Of a stretch of 64,000 nucleotides of DNA, positions 62,556-64,000 are shown piece after piece. This DNA comes from a virus. The notes below the pieces were generated by a model, which had not been told where the DNA came from, did no database searches, and saw only the letters and a program-made list of their open reading frames with translations. The DNA is taken from the IMG/VR virus record IMGVR_UViG_3300046517_002960, positions 64,001-128,000 of that record. One strand, 5' to 3'. The first letter of the stretch is position 1. Every line of letters starts with the position of its first letter. A program made the translations under genes and the position numbers.

Positions 62556-63056
62556 GTGGACAGCGAGGCCGTCAGGTCCGCGGCGCTGATCGCTGCCTCC
62601 TCCGTCGTCCCGCGAGGGACCAGCGCGCCAGACCTGACCCAGTACGCAGGACAGCTGATCCCGTGGATTACCGCAGCCCCGACCGCCGGGCTGGACGTGA
62701 CCGTGCTCCTGGACGGCACGCTCATCCTGCACAGCTCACACGGAGGAGAAATGGCCTTCACCGCCGCCGTCACCGATACCAGCGTCGTCATCACCGGCAC
62801 CTGCAAGGACGCCGGGGGCAACGCGACCGGCGAGCAGGTCCGCTGGACTACCGACGACCCGAATGGCACCATCCTGGCCCCGTCCGTCTCCGCCAACTCC
62901 GGTACCTGGACCGGCACGGTCACCGGCACTACCGGTACCGTCAACGTCTCCGCGAACGCCGCGCAGACCGCGGGCGTGCCGCCGTTCCTGGCCCAGGTCA
63001 CGGTCGGCCCCGGCCCTACCGTCACCATCGAGGGCGATGTGGTCATTAACCACTGA
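62556..63056 (+). CDS. Protein with C-terminal Ig-like (Big-type) beta domain; internal strong start at 62751
   Basis: Thr/Gly/Val beta-strand pattern (VVITGTCKDAGGN...VRWTTDD...GTVNVSA); GGAGGAG RBS before ATG 62751. Confidence 0.65.
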   Translation: MDSEAVRSAALIAASSVVPRGTSAPDLTQYAGQLIPWITAAPTAGLDVTVLLDGTLILHSSHGGEMAFTAAVTDTSVVITGTCKDAGGNATGEQVRWTTDDPNGTILAPSVSANSGTWTGTVTGTTGTVNVSANAAQTAGVPPFLAQVTVGPGPTVTIEGDVVINH

Positions 63057-63088
63057 CCCGGGCCTGATTCTCCGGCCGGCCGGATTTT

Positions 63089-63523
63089 TCAGGCAGCTTC
63101 CGCCTCATCGCAATCGCATCTCCCTGTGCGCGCCTGCGCCAGGCGGCAGTTGGCGCACAGGACCCGCCAGCCGGGCGGCCAGCCCTGCTTGCGAAGCTGG
63201 AACGCCCGGGGGAACCCGCCGCCGCTATCGCTGCCCGGTTTGTCCCGGCCCGTGCTCACCAGCATGAGCACCACGGCCCGGGACGTGCCGCAGCACTCGC
63301 ACTGGCTGTCGCCGTACACGGCCAGGGCCTCGGCGACGACTTTGGACTGGTAGGTGGCGCACCGCTCGGCGTTGCACGTGCTGCACGCCGCCGCCCGGCC
63401 GTCCTTCGCCCGCTTGTTCACCGGGAAGTCGTCTTCGAGATCCTTGACCAGCCCGCAGCCAGAGCAGCGCTTCATCCCCTCCGGCACCGGCCCGGCTGCG
63501 GCGGTATCCGTGACATCGGGCAT
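63089..63523 (-). CDS. Zn-finger + endonuclease VII/His-Me-finger-like protein, catalytic residues degenerate
   Basis: KRCSGCG.VK...F......DG....CSTC; YG...CECCG...; G.PPGWRVLCANC; the expected IDH is replaced by LVS and NCN by NCR. Confidence 0.7.
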   Translation of the reverse strand: MPDVTDTAAAGPVPEGMKRCSGCGLVKDLEDDFPVNKRAKDGRAAACSTCNAERCATYQSKVVAEALAVYGDSQCECCGTSRAVVLMLVSTGRDKPGSDSGGGFPRAFQLRKQGWPPGWRVLCANCRLAQARTGRCDCDEAEAA

Positions 63524-63600
63524 ATTGTTAGCTTAGCTTATCTGCACTGGCAGGGCATACTGTTAGACGCCCGCCTATACGAAAGTGACCCAGGCCTGTC

Positions 63601-63768
63601 ATGAATGACGCTAATTACCGCGAGCTGATCAGCCTGCTGGAACGGATTGCGGACGCCCTGGAACGCATAGCCGCCAAGCTGACTGCTGAGGAAGGCTCAC
63701 ACGGTTCCGGCGCACGCTTGAAGGGCCTGCCCGATTTGCGCGCCCCGAAAGCGTCTGACGGCGAGTAA
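63601..63768 (+). CDS. 55-aa coiled-coil protein
   Basis: Manual translation: MNDANYRELISLLERIADALERIAAKL... Confidence 0.55.
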   Translation: MNDANYRELISLLERIADALERIAAKLTAEEGSHGSGARLKGLPDLRAPKASDGE

Positions 63769-63777
63769 CCTGGCCCC

Positions 63778-64000
63778 TTACAGCTTCTCGATCAAGCCGA
63801 GCAGCCGCTTCGCGTTGTTCTCGAACGTGCGGTCCGCGACCGCTAGCCGGGCCTTCGCCGCCATTTCCTCCCGCTCGGCGTCATGCGACAGCAGCCAGCG
63901 CAGCTTCTCCGACGCGTCGCCGGGGCCGCTGAACGACGGCAGGATCTTCCCGAACAGCTCGTCAGATTCCGGCCGCGGGTCGCGCAGGAACGGCAGGCCT
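63778..64000 (-). CDS. Glycosyltransferase (GT1/CgeB-like C-terminus), partial
   Basis: GLPFLRDPRPESDELF....F..P.DA.EKLRWLL.HDAEREEMA.KAR..V.DRTF...A.RLL; runs off the right edge. Confidence 0.75.
   Translation of the reverse strand, partial: GLPFLRDPRPESDELFGKILPSFSGPGDASEKLRWLLSHDAEREEMAAKARLAVADRTFENNAKRLLGLIEKL

Noticed and set aside
1-64000. Integrase/att site, terminase, portal, capsid, rRNA or tRNA genes
   Set aside because: None recognised in this window; head genes probably lie beyond the right edge, so temperate versus lytic lifestyle cannot be decided here.

Overview
A 64-kb internal segment of a very GC-rich tailed (siphovirus-like) phage or prophage, most likely infecting an actinobacterium. 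Both ends are truncated, and no capsid, portal, terminase or integrase gene is visible. It has three blocks. (1) 1-14.2 kb, leftward DNA-metabolism genes: a single >1115-aa Prim-Pol/SF3-helicase/PolA-exonuclease fusion with iteron-like repeats inside it, a RuvC-like resolvase, a MazG-like protein, an intein-containing SNF2 helicase, an SSB-like protein with long Q/P/G/Y-rich tails and a Cas4-like exonuclease. (2) 14.3-39 kb, about 45 mostly small rightward accessory genes (Lsr2-like, XRE, DUF932-like, Phd-like, membrane proteins), many preceded by a repeated GATCAGGAGAC start-associated motif. (3) 39.4-64 kb, leftward cell-wall, lysis and tail genes: secreted NlpC/P60 and Rpf-like enzymes, amidase endolysin, minor tail proteins, a tape measure protein with an intein inside its transglycosylase domain, tail chaperones and a glycosyltransferase. 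The most striking feature is the major tail protein gene, which the ORF track misses because two related, ORF-less 294-nt group I introns split it into three exons. Other notable signals are a roughly 370-nt highly structured non-coding region where the two transcription arms converge, six copies of a 14-bp palindrome, and two exact 10-nt insertions that break the Cas4-like and tape measure genes. All protein calls come from motif recognition by eye; no database search was run.
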